DNA from: Candidatus Calditenuaceae archaeon
Lineage (GTDB): Archaea; Thermoproteota; Nitrososphaeria_A; Caldarchaeales; Calditenuaceae
DNA: 64,000 nt
NCBI GenBank assembly: GCA_025058225.1
Contig: JANXEE010000003.1
Coordinates: 20,366 to 84,365 of the forward strand
Direction: 5' to 3'
Made by a program: the position numbers and the translations under genes. Position 1 is the first letter of the stretch, and every line of letters begins with the position of its first letter. This document shows positions 17,852 through 25,346 of the stretch, one piece after another. Under the pieces are notes generated by a model. It was not told where the DNA came from. It saw nothing but the letters and a program-made list of their open reading frames with translations, and made no database searches.

Positions 17852-18296
17852 ATCCCACCCCTCCCCTGATCCCCAGCATTCTCATCAAGAGCAGAGAGAG
17901 CGCCATGACCGCGAGGCCGAGGGGCAGCAGGATCGGTGCCGCGACCCTGAAGTCCCGTCTCGACGCGACGAGCATCGTCACGCCTGCTGAATAAGCGACT
18001 CCGGCGATCGATACGGCTCTTCTGAAGACCGATGAACGCTCCTGATGTGCCAGCACCGCGACTAGGGCGAGGGCTAGGGCGCCCGAAGCCAAGAGAGCAA
18101 GTGATTCAGGTGACCTGCTCCTCAAGCGTATTTCGTACTCCTCCCAGTGTATGGGGAAATCTCCGACGAAGGGGACGTGGACCTCCCTCACCGCAGCCCT
18201 CCTGACGAACTCAGACTCGGGAGACGAGAGCGAGATTCCTCCCGTTATGAGGATCAGTGCAGCGAACGCGAGTCCCACCAACAGGACCGGTCTCAT
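17715..18296 (-). CDS. Four-TM membrane protein with an Arg-rich C-terminal tail
   Basis: Last gene of the minus-strand operon. Four hydrophobic segments. The 3' 137 nt overlap the convergent 17426-17851 gene. Confidence 0.45.
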   Translation of the reverse strand: MRPVLLVGLAFAALILITGGISLSSPESEFVRRAAVREVHVPFVGDFPIHWEEYEIRLRSRSPESLALLASGALALALVAVLAHQERSSVFRRAVSIAGVAYSAGVTMLVASRRDFRVAAPILLPLGLAVMALSLLLMRMLGIRGGVGSTTRRGPSRGPLRASTSYRSPAARPFSSRRGRHRRGGLRRFSAPL

Positions 18297-18589
18297 CTCA
18301 CATACCTCCTCCGGCCACGGTTGACTGCGATTGCGCCCAGCAGATCGTTCAGCAGCGTCACCAGACCACCGGTCAGCATGAGCTCATCCAGTCTGAGGTC
18401 GTTGAGTTCGAGGCCCAGTCGTGGCGCGACCAGACCGACTAACGCGCCGATCGCGACGGTCTTGAGGAACTTCCGCAGGGAGAAATCCTCGAACTTCCTG
18501 GACTTCAGATAGCCTGCGCCGGCGAATACGGCTCCGTAGAGCGCCCCCAGGAGGGCCGCGGAGAGGTTCAGCTCGACCTCATGCCCCAA
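18293..18589 (-). CDS. Small membrane protein (98 aa)
   Basis: 2-3 hydrophobic segments rich in G and A. There is a 4-nt overlap with the downstream gene and an 11-nt overlap with the upstream gene. Confidence 0.45.
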   Translation of the reverse strand: MGHEVELNLSAALLGALYGAVFAGAGYLKSRKFEDFSLRKFLKTVAIGALVGLVAPRLGLELNDLRLDELMLTGGLVTLLNDLLGAIAVNRGRRRYVR

Positions 18590-18785
18590 CCGTCATCCAC
18601 CTCTTAGTCCTGGGGGATAATCTAACACAGCTGTTGCAGCATGGACACCTCAACGAGTCATCGACCGACCTGCAGCATCTGAGGGGAAGGGCCACGTCGC
18701 AGACCGCACACCAGGCGTAGCCCAATCTGTACCTAACCCTTCTGGAAACGCCGTCCATCGAAATGCAGAAGGACCTGCACCTCAT
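18579..18785 (-). CDS. Cys-rich Zn-ribbon protein (68 aa)
   Basis: Ten Cys residues, including CAVC...(16 aa)...CPCCNSC pairs. 4-nt overlap with the upstream gene. Confidence 0.45.
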   Translation of the reverse strand: MRCRSFCISMDGVSRRVRYRLGYAWCAVCDVALPLRCCRSVDDSLRCPCCNSCVRLSPRTKRWMTVGA

Positions 18786-19018
18786 CTCGCGCGAGACCTC
18801 CCGCTGGCCCTCCTGACCATCTCGCTGAGGGAGAGGCCACCGCCGAAGCTTCCCACGAGGGTAGCCTCGAGCGCCCTCCCTGCCCAGAGCAGAAGGACGA
18901 ACGCGATCGCCATTATCAGAGCCAATAGCCCAAGCCAGTCGTCCAGTCCGATACTCACGGTCAGCCCCTTGCCTGTCCTTCTAACAGTGAGCCTGTCCTC
19001 CTTCCTCACCTCACTCAC
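18782..19018 (-). CDS. Single-pass membrane protein (78 aa)
   Basis: Central TM WLGLLALIMAIAFVLLLWA. 8-nt overlap with the upstream gene. Confidence 0.4.
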   Translation of the reverse strand: MSEVRKEDRLTVRRTGKGLTVSIGLDDWLGLLALIMAIAFVLLLWAGRALEATLVGSFGGGLSLSEMVRRASGRSRAR

Positions 19019-19337
19019 CCGTCAGGAGCACTTCGCCTCTGGACCTGAGGTCTTCAGCCAGCATCTCCAGCTCCTCCCTCACGACCCTCAGGTACGAAGC
19101 CACATCCTCCCTTCTGGGGGACCTCCACGCAAGGAACAGCAGGGCGGCGATCGTGCTCGATAGCTTCCTTATCCTCAGCGGCGGATCAGCCAATGGTGCC
19201 GACATTCCCGAGGCTTGGAGGACAGCGTCGATTAACGCGTCAGCCTCCTCAACGAAGGCCCTGAGGACCTCGTCGTAGGTCGCGTCGTCGGTGGGAAGAC
19301 TTACCTTGACCTTCACCTCCTGAACCGAGCCGTACAT
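19011..19337 (-). CDS. Head-tail connector (gp6-like, Phage_connect_1)-like protein
   Basis: VQEVKVKVSLPTDDATYDEVLRAFVEEADALIDAVL...IRKLSSTIAALLFLAWRSPRRED follows the pattern of HK97 gp6-type connector proteins (N-terminal E-hK-x-hR-h, a DD, then an A-rich helix). Assigned from memory, no alignment run. Confidence 0.4.
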   Translation of the reverse strand: MYGSVQEVKVKVSLPTDDATYDEVLRAFVEEADALIDAVLQASGMSAPLADPPLRIRKLSSTIAALLFLAWRSPRREDVASYLRVVREELEMLAEDLRSRGEVLLTGE

Positions 19338-19461
19338 TCACAAGAGAGGAGTTGTGGGTGGGAATTAGAATTCGCTATATTGACAGTTTGATTCCAAAAT
19401 TCACTGAAGTCAAGTTTCAAAAAAACGCTACACAGTAAACCTAGCCGGGAACTAAACCGCT
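19338..19461. promoter_or_regulatory. AT-rich divergent promoter spacer between the two island operons
   Basis: A 124-bp non-coding stretch that is much more AT-rich than its surroundings. It contains TATA-like elements (cgctatattgac, tttcaaaaaaac). Genes diverge from both ends. Confidence 0.5.
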
Positions 19462-19806
19462 GTGGTGAGCAAAAGAGTAAGAGAAGTGTTAAGGGACGTG
19501 AGGGAGGGAGAGTTGGTAGTGGTGAAGTGGTGGGACGCCTGCACGTGGAGGGACGTACCCAACTCCGTTAAGAACCCGAAAAAGGTCGACAGCCCCATCT
19601 ACTCAATTGGTGCGTTTGGGGGGATCGTGAAGGGCGAGAAGGTGGAGTACCTAAGGTTGATCGTTGAGAGGAAGCCCGATACCAGCGACATCACTTACAT
19701 ACCGCTTCAGCTGATCGAGGGGGTCGAGAGGGAGAGGTTCAGCGCCCCCAAGAAGCGCGTCAGGAACTACCTCGACAACCTGAGGTTCTACGGTGAACGC
19801 ATTTGA
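19462..19806 (+). CDS. Hypothetical 114-aa protein, first gene of the terminase-like operon
   Basis: GTG start. Its stop overlaps the next start (TTGA). No family recognised. Confidence 0.45.
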   Translation: MVSKRVREVLRDVREGELVVVKWWDACTWRDVPNSVKNPKKVDSPIYSIGAFGGIVKGEKVEYLRLIVERKPDTSDITYIPLQLIEGVERERFSAPKKRVRNYLDNLRFYGERI

Positions 19807-20117
19807 CTTCAAGACTTCAGAAGAGGTTCGGGGCAGTGGAGAGGAAGCTGAGGAGGCTGGCGAGATCGATCGAGAGGAGGTCGTCTGAGAGGGGTGTTCC
19901 ATTAGACTGGAAGAGGCTCGAGATGGAGGTCTGGACGCTCGTGCAGGAGTCTTACTCGCTCTCTCAGGCGGCGAGGTCAGAGGGTGACCTGAGGACCTCT
20001 CAGGCGTGCGTCGGTGTAGCTCTCAGGGGGCTCGCGCTGCTGAGCAGGCTGAGGCGTGACCGGGAACTCGAGGAGATCAGGGCCCTCGTCGAACAGATCG
20101 AGGGCGAGCCCTCATGA
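19803..20117 (+). CDS. Hypothetical helical 104-aa protein occupying the position of a small terminase subunit
   Basis: TTG start. Arg/Glu/Leu-rich composition suggests a helical protein. Immediately precedes and overlaps (ATGA) the TerL-like gene. The TerS role is inferred from position only. Confidence 0.35.
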   Translation: MTSRLQKRFGAVERKLRRLARSIERRSSERGVPLDWKRLEMEVWTLVQESYSLSQAARSEGDLRTSQACVGVALRGLALLSRLRRDRELEEIRALVEQIEGEPS

Positions 20118-21427
20118 GCCGTTCTTTGCCACGTGACCTCAGTAGGAGGCTCGATAACATCAGGAAACTCCGTAGGTCTAGAGCCGTCTCAGTCCCCGAG
20201 GACCCCGCGGACTTCGCGGTCAACTTCCTCTCATGGAGGCCTTTCCCGTATCAGATGGATCTTCTCACGGACTGCAGTCCGAGGATCTGCGTCTGCGCCG
20301 CGAGGCAGGTCGGAAAGTCCACGACCGTCGCTGTGAGGGCCCTTCACGCCTCCCTCACTAAGACCCGATCGAGGGTTCTGGTGGTCGCACCTACTTTACG
20401 GCAGAGCCTTCTGTTCCTCGAGAAGGTCGTGGACCTTCTCAGGAAGTCCGAGTCGGCCTCATACCTGCTGGCCAAGACTGACAGGACGTCCGTGAGGTTC
20501 CTCAACGGCAGTAGGATCGTCGCACTACCCTCGGGTCGTTTCGGACACACCATCAGAGGTTTCACGGCCGACGTGGTGATCGTCGACGAGGCGGCGTTCG
20601 TACCGGAGGAGGTCATCACGGAGGCGCTGATGCCGCAGGTCGCAACGACCAGTGGAAGCATCGTCCTGATAGGAACTCCGTGGGACAAGGGGCACGTCTT
20701 CTACAGGTGCTTCACCAGCAGCGGCTGGAGCGTTAAGAGATGGCCGGTTAGCGTCTGTCCGCTCATCCCGAGCAGCTTCGTCGAGGAACAGCGCAGGCTC
20801 ATCGGCGAGGAGGCCTTCAGGAGGGAATACCTCGCAGAGTTCGTGGAGGATTCGAATTCCTTCTTCTCGGCTGAGCTGATCAGGAGGTGCGTGGCCGACT
20901 ACGACCCCTCACCGGGGAGAGGTTCGGAGCTTGTCGCGGGGTACGATTGGGGTGGAAGGTCTGACCCGAACGCTTTGGTGGTCGTCGAGTGCGGTGACGG
21001 TCTTTTGAAGTTGGTGCACGCGGAGACCTGGATGAGCGACAGCTACGCGTACTCGGTCTCCAGGCTTACATCGCTCCAGAGGGAGATGGGGTTCAAGGTC
21101 GTCCTGGAGGAGATAGGTGCGGGAGTCCTGATCAGAGAGCAGCTGGAGGCTTCGGGAGTCGACGTGATCGGTGTCGGCCCCTCTGAGGTCGAGAGGACGA
21201 TGCTCCTCCTGAGGGTGCTCATGGAATCAGGAAAGGTGATGATGTACCTCGACCACAGGCTCGTGGACTCGCTCAGGTCCGTGAAGTACGAGAAGACGAG
21301 GAGCGGAAAGGTCAGGTTCTTCCACGATCGCGGTGACCACGACGACCTTGCGAGGGCCCTTGCGCTCGCTGCCTGGGGGTCAACTCTGTCGCCCTCGAAC
21401 GCCTCTGTCGCTCTCCTGGAACCATGA
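20114..21427 (+). CDS. Terminase large subunit-like ATPase/nuclease
   Basis: 437 aa. PYQMDLL...CAARQVGKST is the Walker A (GKS at nt 20312-20320). VVIVDEAAFV is the Walker B and LIGTPWDKG the coupling motif. Also present are FRREYLAEF, the RNaseH-like nuclease block AGYDWGGRSDPNALVVVE, and C-terminal GDHDDLARALALA. Confidence 0.7.
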   Translation: MSRSLPRDLSRRLDNIRKLRRSRAVSVPEDPADFAVNFLSWRPFPYQMDLLTDCSPRICVCAARQVGKSTTVAVRALHASLTKTRSRVLVVAPTLRQSLLFLEKVVDLLRKSESASYLLAKTDRTSVRFLNGSRIVALPSGRFGHTIRGFTADVVIVDEAAFVPEEVITEALMPQVATTSGSIVLIGTPWDKGHVFYRCFTSSGWSVKRWPVSVCPLIPSSFVEEQRRLIGEEAFRREYLAEFVEDSNSFFSAELIRRCVADYDPSPGRGSELVAGYDWGGRSDPNALVVVECGDGLLKLVHAETWMSDSYAYSVSRLTSLQREMGFKVVLEEIGAGVLIREQLEASGVDVIGVGPSEVERTMLLLRVLMESGKVMMYLDHRLVDSLRSVKYEKTRSGKVRFFHDRGDHDDLARALALAAWGSTLSPSNASVALLEP

Positions 21428-22911
21428 GGATCGAGCTGTCCGACCCGGTGATTCAGAGGGGTTTCGTCCACTTACCGAGGAGGGCCTTCAGACTCTCCCG
21501 ATCTTTCGAGACCTCCGCTCCGAGGAGAAGGAGGGTGCTGGACGTTTATGACGCCTTCGGGCTCGGTCTGGGAACCAAGAAGTTCGTCGTCTACGACAAG
21601 CTGGTGGTCGACATCGACCCGGGAGACGTCGTTTACATCACCGGAGAGAGCGGTGGAGGGAAGTCGCTTCTACTGAAGGATCTCGCAGCAAAACTGGCCT
21701 CCATAAAGGATTTCAGGCCCGTCATCGGGTTGAAGGACATCAAGGTCCCGAGCAACGAGCTGTTAATAGAGGGCGTAGGCTCGGACACCAAGAGGGCGAT
21801 CGAATCGCTGTCGGCCGTGGGGCTTGGGGAGGCCTTCGTCTTCCTGAGGAGGTTCGGTGAGTTGAGCGACGGTCAGAAGTTCAGGTACTTGATCGCGAAG
21901 GCCCTCGACCGCAGACCTAAGACACTCGTCGTGGACGAGTTCTGTTCGAACCTCGACCGCACCACCGCGAAGGTGCTTGCCTTCTTGGTTCAGAGACGCG
22001 CGAGAGCTCAAAGGCTAACGCTGCTGGTGGCGACATCTCACGAAGACCTCATCGAGGACTTGGGGCCTGATGTGCTGGTGAAGAAGGCCTTCGGACATCG
22101 GGCTGATGTTACCTATGACCTGCAGCGTCCGCAGCGCTGTTCGCTGATGGGCCGCATGACGATAGCGGAGGGAACATGGCAGGATTACAAACAGCTGGCC
22201 GAGTTCCACTACAGAGGTGGAAGTCCGGGTTTCCGGAGAGCCGTTTACAGCGCTAAGTTCGGCAACGAGCTCGCTGGAGTCATAGTCTACGTCGCACCGC
22301 ACCGGGAGCTGGCCGCCAGGAACGCAGCACTTCCGATCGTTAAGGAGATGAGGTCCAGGCTCAAGGGATCGGACTTCCTGAAGTGGTTGAACGATCACTT
22401 CGTGAGGATCTCGAGGGTCGTCGTCCATCCGAAGTTCAGGGGCATAGGACTGGGTGTCGAGCTGGTGAAGAGAACGATGCCCCTCGTGGGGAAGCCATAT
22501 GTGGAGACTTTAGCCGTTATGGCGCGGTACAACCCGTTCTTCGAGAGGGCGGGGATGAGGCGCGTTCAGTTCGATCGCGGCCTTCCCGCGGCCGTCGAGG
22601 ATGCGTTGGTGCTGCTCGACGGGTTAGGTGCCGACGACTTCGTCTTACGGGACGAGCGGCTTTTCAGGAGGTGGTACCGGTCCATCGAGCCCAGCGCGCG
22701 CCGGAGGGTTTCGAAGCTCTTAAAGTCCGCGGTCGGAGGCTACTGGGCCGCTCGGTCATCAAACGAGCCGTCCGAACTGGCCAGGGCCCTCGTCAGGTTG
22801 CTGGCGAGGCCGCAATACCTGATCTGGAAGAACCCCGACCCGAGATACGAATCGCTACCGGAACCGATCACTTGTCCTCTTCCTTCCGCTCCTCGGGAGC
22901 AAGCCTCCTGA
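21424..22911 (+). CDS. ABC-type ATPase fused to a GNAT acetyltransferase domain (COG2401-like architecture)
   Basis: 495 aa. Walker A is ITGESGGGKS (nt 21643-21666). The ABC signature-like motif is LSDGQKFR, the Walker B LVVDEFCSNLD and the H-loop ATSHEDL. The GNAT motif A is RVVVHPKFRGIGLGVELVKR, followed by YNPFFERAGM. A helical tail of about 110 aa follows. The ATG overlaps the TerL-like stop (ATGA). Confidence 0.65.
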   Translation: MRIELSDPVIQRGFVHLPRRAFRLSRSFETSAPRRRRVLDVYDAFGLGLGTKKFVVYDKLVVDIDPGDVVYITGESGGGKSLLLKDLAAKLASIKDFRPVIGLKDIKVPSNELLIEGVGSDTKRAIESLSAVGLGEAFVFLRRFGELSDGQKFRYLIAKALDRRPKTLVVDEFCSNLDRTTAKVLAFLVQRRARAQRLTLLVATSHEDLIEDLGPDVLVKKAFGHRADVTYDLQRPQRCSLMGRMTIAEGTWQDYKQLAEFHYRGGSPGFRRAVYSAKFGNELAGVIVYVAPHRELAARNAALPIVKEMRSRLKGSDFLKWLNDHFVRISRVVVHPKFRGIGLGVELVKRTMPLVGKPYVETLAVMARYNPFFERAGMRRVQFDRGLPAAVEDALVLLDGLGADDFVLRDERLFRRWYRSIEPSARRRVSKLLKSAVGGYWAARSSNEPSELARALVRLLARPQYLIWKNPDPRYESLPEPITCPLPSAPREQAS

Positions 22912-23077
22912 TGTCGGTCCAGCACTCGCCCAGCGCGGCTCCGCCCATCTTCTCCCACACCCAGGCGATGAAGACGTTCCTGAGCACCTCGGCGTCGCTG
23001 CTCCCCATCTTGCCCTTCAGGTAGGACAGGCACCGGTACTGTTCGTCGGTGAGGGTCACGAGAACGTGCTTCGGCAA
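22868..23077 (-). CDS. Ribbon-helix-helix (CopG-like) protein, 69 aa
   Basis: PKHVLVTLTDEQYRCLSYLKGKMGSSDAEVLRNVFIAWVWEKMG fits a strand-helix-helix fold. The 3' end overlaps the convergent ABC-GNAT gene by 44 nt. TATA-like ctaattatagc lies upstream on its strand. Confidence 0.55.
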   Translation of the reverse strand: MPKHVLVTLTDEQYRCLSYLKGKMGSSDAEVLRNVFIAWVWEKMGGAALGECWTDIRRLAPEERKEEDK

Positions 23078-23432
23078 CTCATCACCCCATTACATCTGGC
23101 TAATACTGCTATAATTAGGGTTTCGTCAGAGGTCGTTCGTGAGCCTTCATCGCCTGCCGTCGTTCAGCGACGAAAGCTTCTCCCTCAGCCTCCTCAGCTC
23201 AACCAATCTCGGGTCCGTGCTCCTGAGGTCGGCCAAACCCCTCAAGACCTGTTCGTAGACCTCCGACGACGGCCTAATGGTCCTGCGACGCCGCAGGGCC
23301 GAGAGGATCCTCCCCAGCATCCCCGTATCTCCCCCGAGGTCTCCGTATTATCGCTTCTCCGAACCCGTCGGTACAAATATCCCGCGTGAAGATACGCTTA
23401 TTTCCATCGCGCTTCACTCGGTGTGGAAGATC

Positions 23433-24308
23433 TTGTGCAGGATGATCGCACTGAGGTTCGTCGAGGGAGCAAGACGGTTGGCTGACGAACTCATCGACTC
23501 GACGGTGGTGGCCTCAGTGAACGACCCCTACCTCGAGAGGTTATCAGGTGATCAAAGGCACTGTCACGGCTACGGCTTCGCGCTGGCGAGGAGGATCAGG
23601 GGGTCTTGGGAGGTCATCAAGGGGAGGTTCGATGCGGCTCCCTGGAAGAGCGGCGAGGAGGCCTGCGATGCCAACCTGAAGGCGCTGGGCGAGGCCGCAG
23701 AGGAACTCAAGGGCCTCCTGAGGAGGGGTGACGAGTACGCGCTTATCCTCCACAGCAGGCGTACGGGTTCGGAGCCCCGCGGCGTGAACTCCGCCCATCC
23801 GTTCTCGGGCGAGGTGGTGCTCAACGGCGTCAACGGCCCCGAGCTCTTCGAGGCCTATCTCTCCCACAACGGTGGTGTGAAGAAGGCCGAGCTCGCAGCT
23901 CTTTTGGGGCTCTCAGATCCAGACCTGTACACCGACTCGAACGTCCTGCTCAAATTCCTGCTGAACAGGGTCAACCGTCGGGCGACCCGCGAGCTCCGAG
24001 AGTCACTCAGGTCTGCGATAAGGGAGGCTGTTCCATACGGCCTCAGCTCCTTGGACATGCTCGTGATGTTCGTGGGTCAGTCAACAGCCCCCCTGCTCTT
24101 CGCAGCGGGTTACGTGAAGAGCTCCGACGAGAACAGATGGGCCTACTACGAGCCCGTGTTGGTGAGGGGGAACGGTCTGTCGGGCTACGTCTCGAGCACC
24201 GTCAGGGACGTAGCTCTGGAGAGACGTGTCGCGGTCGAGTTCCTCTCCGGGCGGAACAGGTTCCTTTCGGAGCTGTCGCCGAGCGGCGTCGAGCTGCTAG
24301 AGGTGTGA
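23433..24308 (+). CDS. Class II (Ntn, YafJ-type) glutamine amidotransferase-like protein
   Basis: A TTG start directly followed by Cys gives M-CRMIALRF, matching the MC.. N-terminus required for an Ntn Cys1 nucleophile. HGYGFA, ILHSRRTGSEPRGVNSAHPFSGEV, SHNGGV and YTDSNVLLKFLL parallel E. coli YafJ blocks. The ORF track starts at 23277, but that extension is not protein-like. Confidence 0.55.
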   Translation: MCRMIALRFVEGARRLADELIDSTVVASVNDPYLERLSGDQRHCHGYGFALARRIRGSWEVIKGRFDAAPWKSGEEACDANLKALGEAAEELKGLLRRGDEYALILHSRRTGSEPRGVNSAHPFSGEVVLNGVNGPELFEAYLSHNGGVKKAELAALLGLSDPDLYTDSNVLLKFLLNRVNRRATRELRESLRSAIREAVPYGLSSLDMLVMFVGQSTAPLLFAAGYVKSSDENRWAYYEPVLVRGNGLSGYVSSTVRDVALERRVAVEFLSGRNRFLSELSPSGVELLEV

Positions 24309-24309
24309 G

Positions 24310-25302
24310 GTGACCCTGTTGGAGATCATGAGCAACGGAAGAGGAGCGATGCTGACCATCGATGACAACAGGTCGATTGCGCTGGACTCGGACGATCCAA
24401 ACGCGTTCGCGTGCGTCTCTCACGCCCACATGGACCACCTCTCCGGATTCGGGTCGAGGTCCGCGATCACGACAGAGGAGACCAGGCTGATTCTAAGCGC
24501 TAGGGGTTTCAGGTTACGGAATCACATTAGGTTGGGCTTCGGAGAGTCCACGGACCTCGGCCGCGGACTCAGGGTCACGGTCCACCCGTCAGGTCACATG
24601 TTAGGTTCGGCGGTCTTTGAGCTCGAGGTCGACGGCATGAGGGTGCTTTACACCGGCGACCTCAACACCGAGCCCTCCATACTTCACGACCCGGCTTGGT
24701 CAACCGATGCAGAAGTCCTCGTCATCGAGTCAACCTACGGATCGCCAGTCTATCGCTTCAAGGAGAGGGAGCTGGTCTACTCGGAGATCGTCAGGTGGAT
24801 CCGGGAGGCCCTCAGAGACGGCAGGGTTCCAGCTTTCAACGTCTACGCGGCCGGCAAGGCACAGGAGATCATCGCCCTCGTCAACCAGTCGATCAGGGTG
24901 CCTGTCCTGGTGAGCAGGAGGGTAGGTAGCGTCGCATCCGTTTACAAGAGGACTTACCCGTGGCTGGATTACGTCGTAGAGGGTTCAAGGAGTGCGTCGG
25001 AGGTTTTGAGGGACGGCTGCCTCGTTTACGTGAGCGACCGCGTCTCTCAGTTCGACGGTCTCAGGCTGTCTTGGGCCGTGGCGACCGGCTGGGCCCTCAC
25101 CAGAAGTTTCGAGGGGTTCGATGCAGCGTTCCCGCTCAGCAGCCACGCCGACTTCGCAGGTCTCGTCGATTACGTGGATTCGGTCTCACCAAGGGTGGTC
25201 GTGACGATGTACGGCCACTCCTCAGTGTTCGCGTCGCACCTCAGGAGACTCGGTCGAAGGGCCTTCTCCCTGGACGAGGTACGCAACGTTAGGATGCTGT
25301 GA
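24310..25302 (+). CDS. Metallo-beta-lactamase / beta-CASP family nuclease (short form, 330 aa)
   Basis: SHAHMDH is the HxHxDH motif. Also present are SGHMLGSAV, YTGD, ESTYG (beta-CASP motif A), SSHAD (motif B) and TMYGH (motif C). The GTG start lies 1 nt after the amidotransferase-like stop. Confidence 0.7.
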   Translation: MTLLEIMSNGRGAMLTIDDNRSIALDSDDPNAFACVSHAHMDHLSGFGSRSAITTEETRLILSARGFRLRNHIRLGFGESTDLGRGLRVTVHPSGHMLGSAVFELEVDGMRVLYTGDLNTEPSILHDPAWSTDAEVLVIESTYGSPVYRFKERELVYSEIVRWIREALRDGRVPAFNVYAAGKAQEIIALVNQSIRVPVLVSRRVGSVASVYKRTYPWLDYVVEGSRSASEVLRDGCLVYVSDRVSQFDGLRLSWAVATGWALTRSFEGFDAAFPLSSHADFAGLVDYVDSVSPRVVVTMYGHSSVFASHLRRLGRRAFSLDEVRNVRML

Positions 25303-25346
25303 TAAAAAACGCGGGAGGTTGGCTGGGCTGTGTCGCGAGCTACAGG

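Larger units (their letters stand above)
17241..25302. mobile_element. Accessory, virus-derived gene island (terminase-like, connector-like, RHH and nuclease genes) with no recognisable integrase, capsid or att sites
   Basis: See the individual CDS entries. The island is flanked by housekeeping argF on the left and the perR/catalase pair on the right. The boundaries are simply the outermost non-housekeeping genes, not mapped junctions. Confidence 0.35.

Noticed and set aside
23146-23376. Unlisted 76-codon minus-strand ORF (TTG start) in the spacer between the RHH gene and the amidotransferase-like gene. Its C-terminal part reads SSEVYEQVLRGLADLRSTDPRLVELRRLREKLSSLNDGRR.
   Set aside because: Only the last ~40 residues look protein-like. 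The N-terminal half is Arg/Gly-rich and there is no ATG or GTG start. The ORF is absent from the supplied track and no family was recognised, so I cannot support it as a gene without expression or conservation data.
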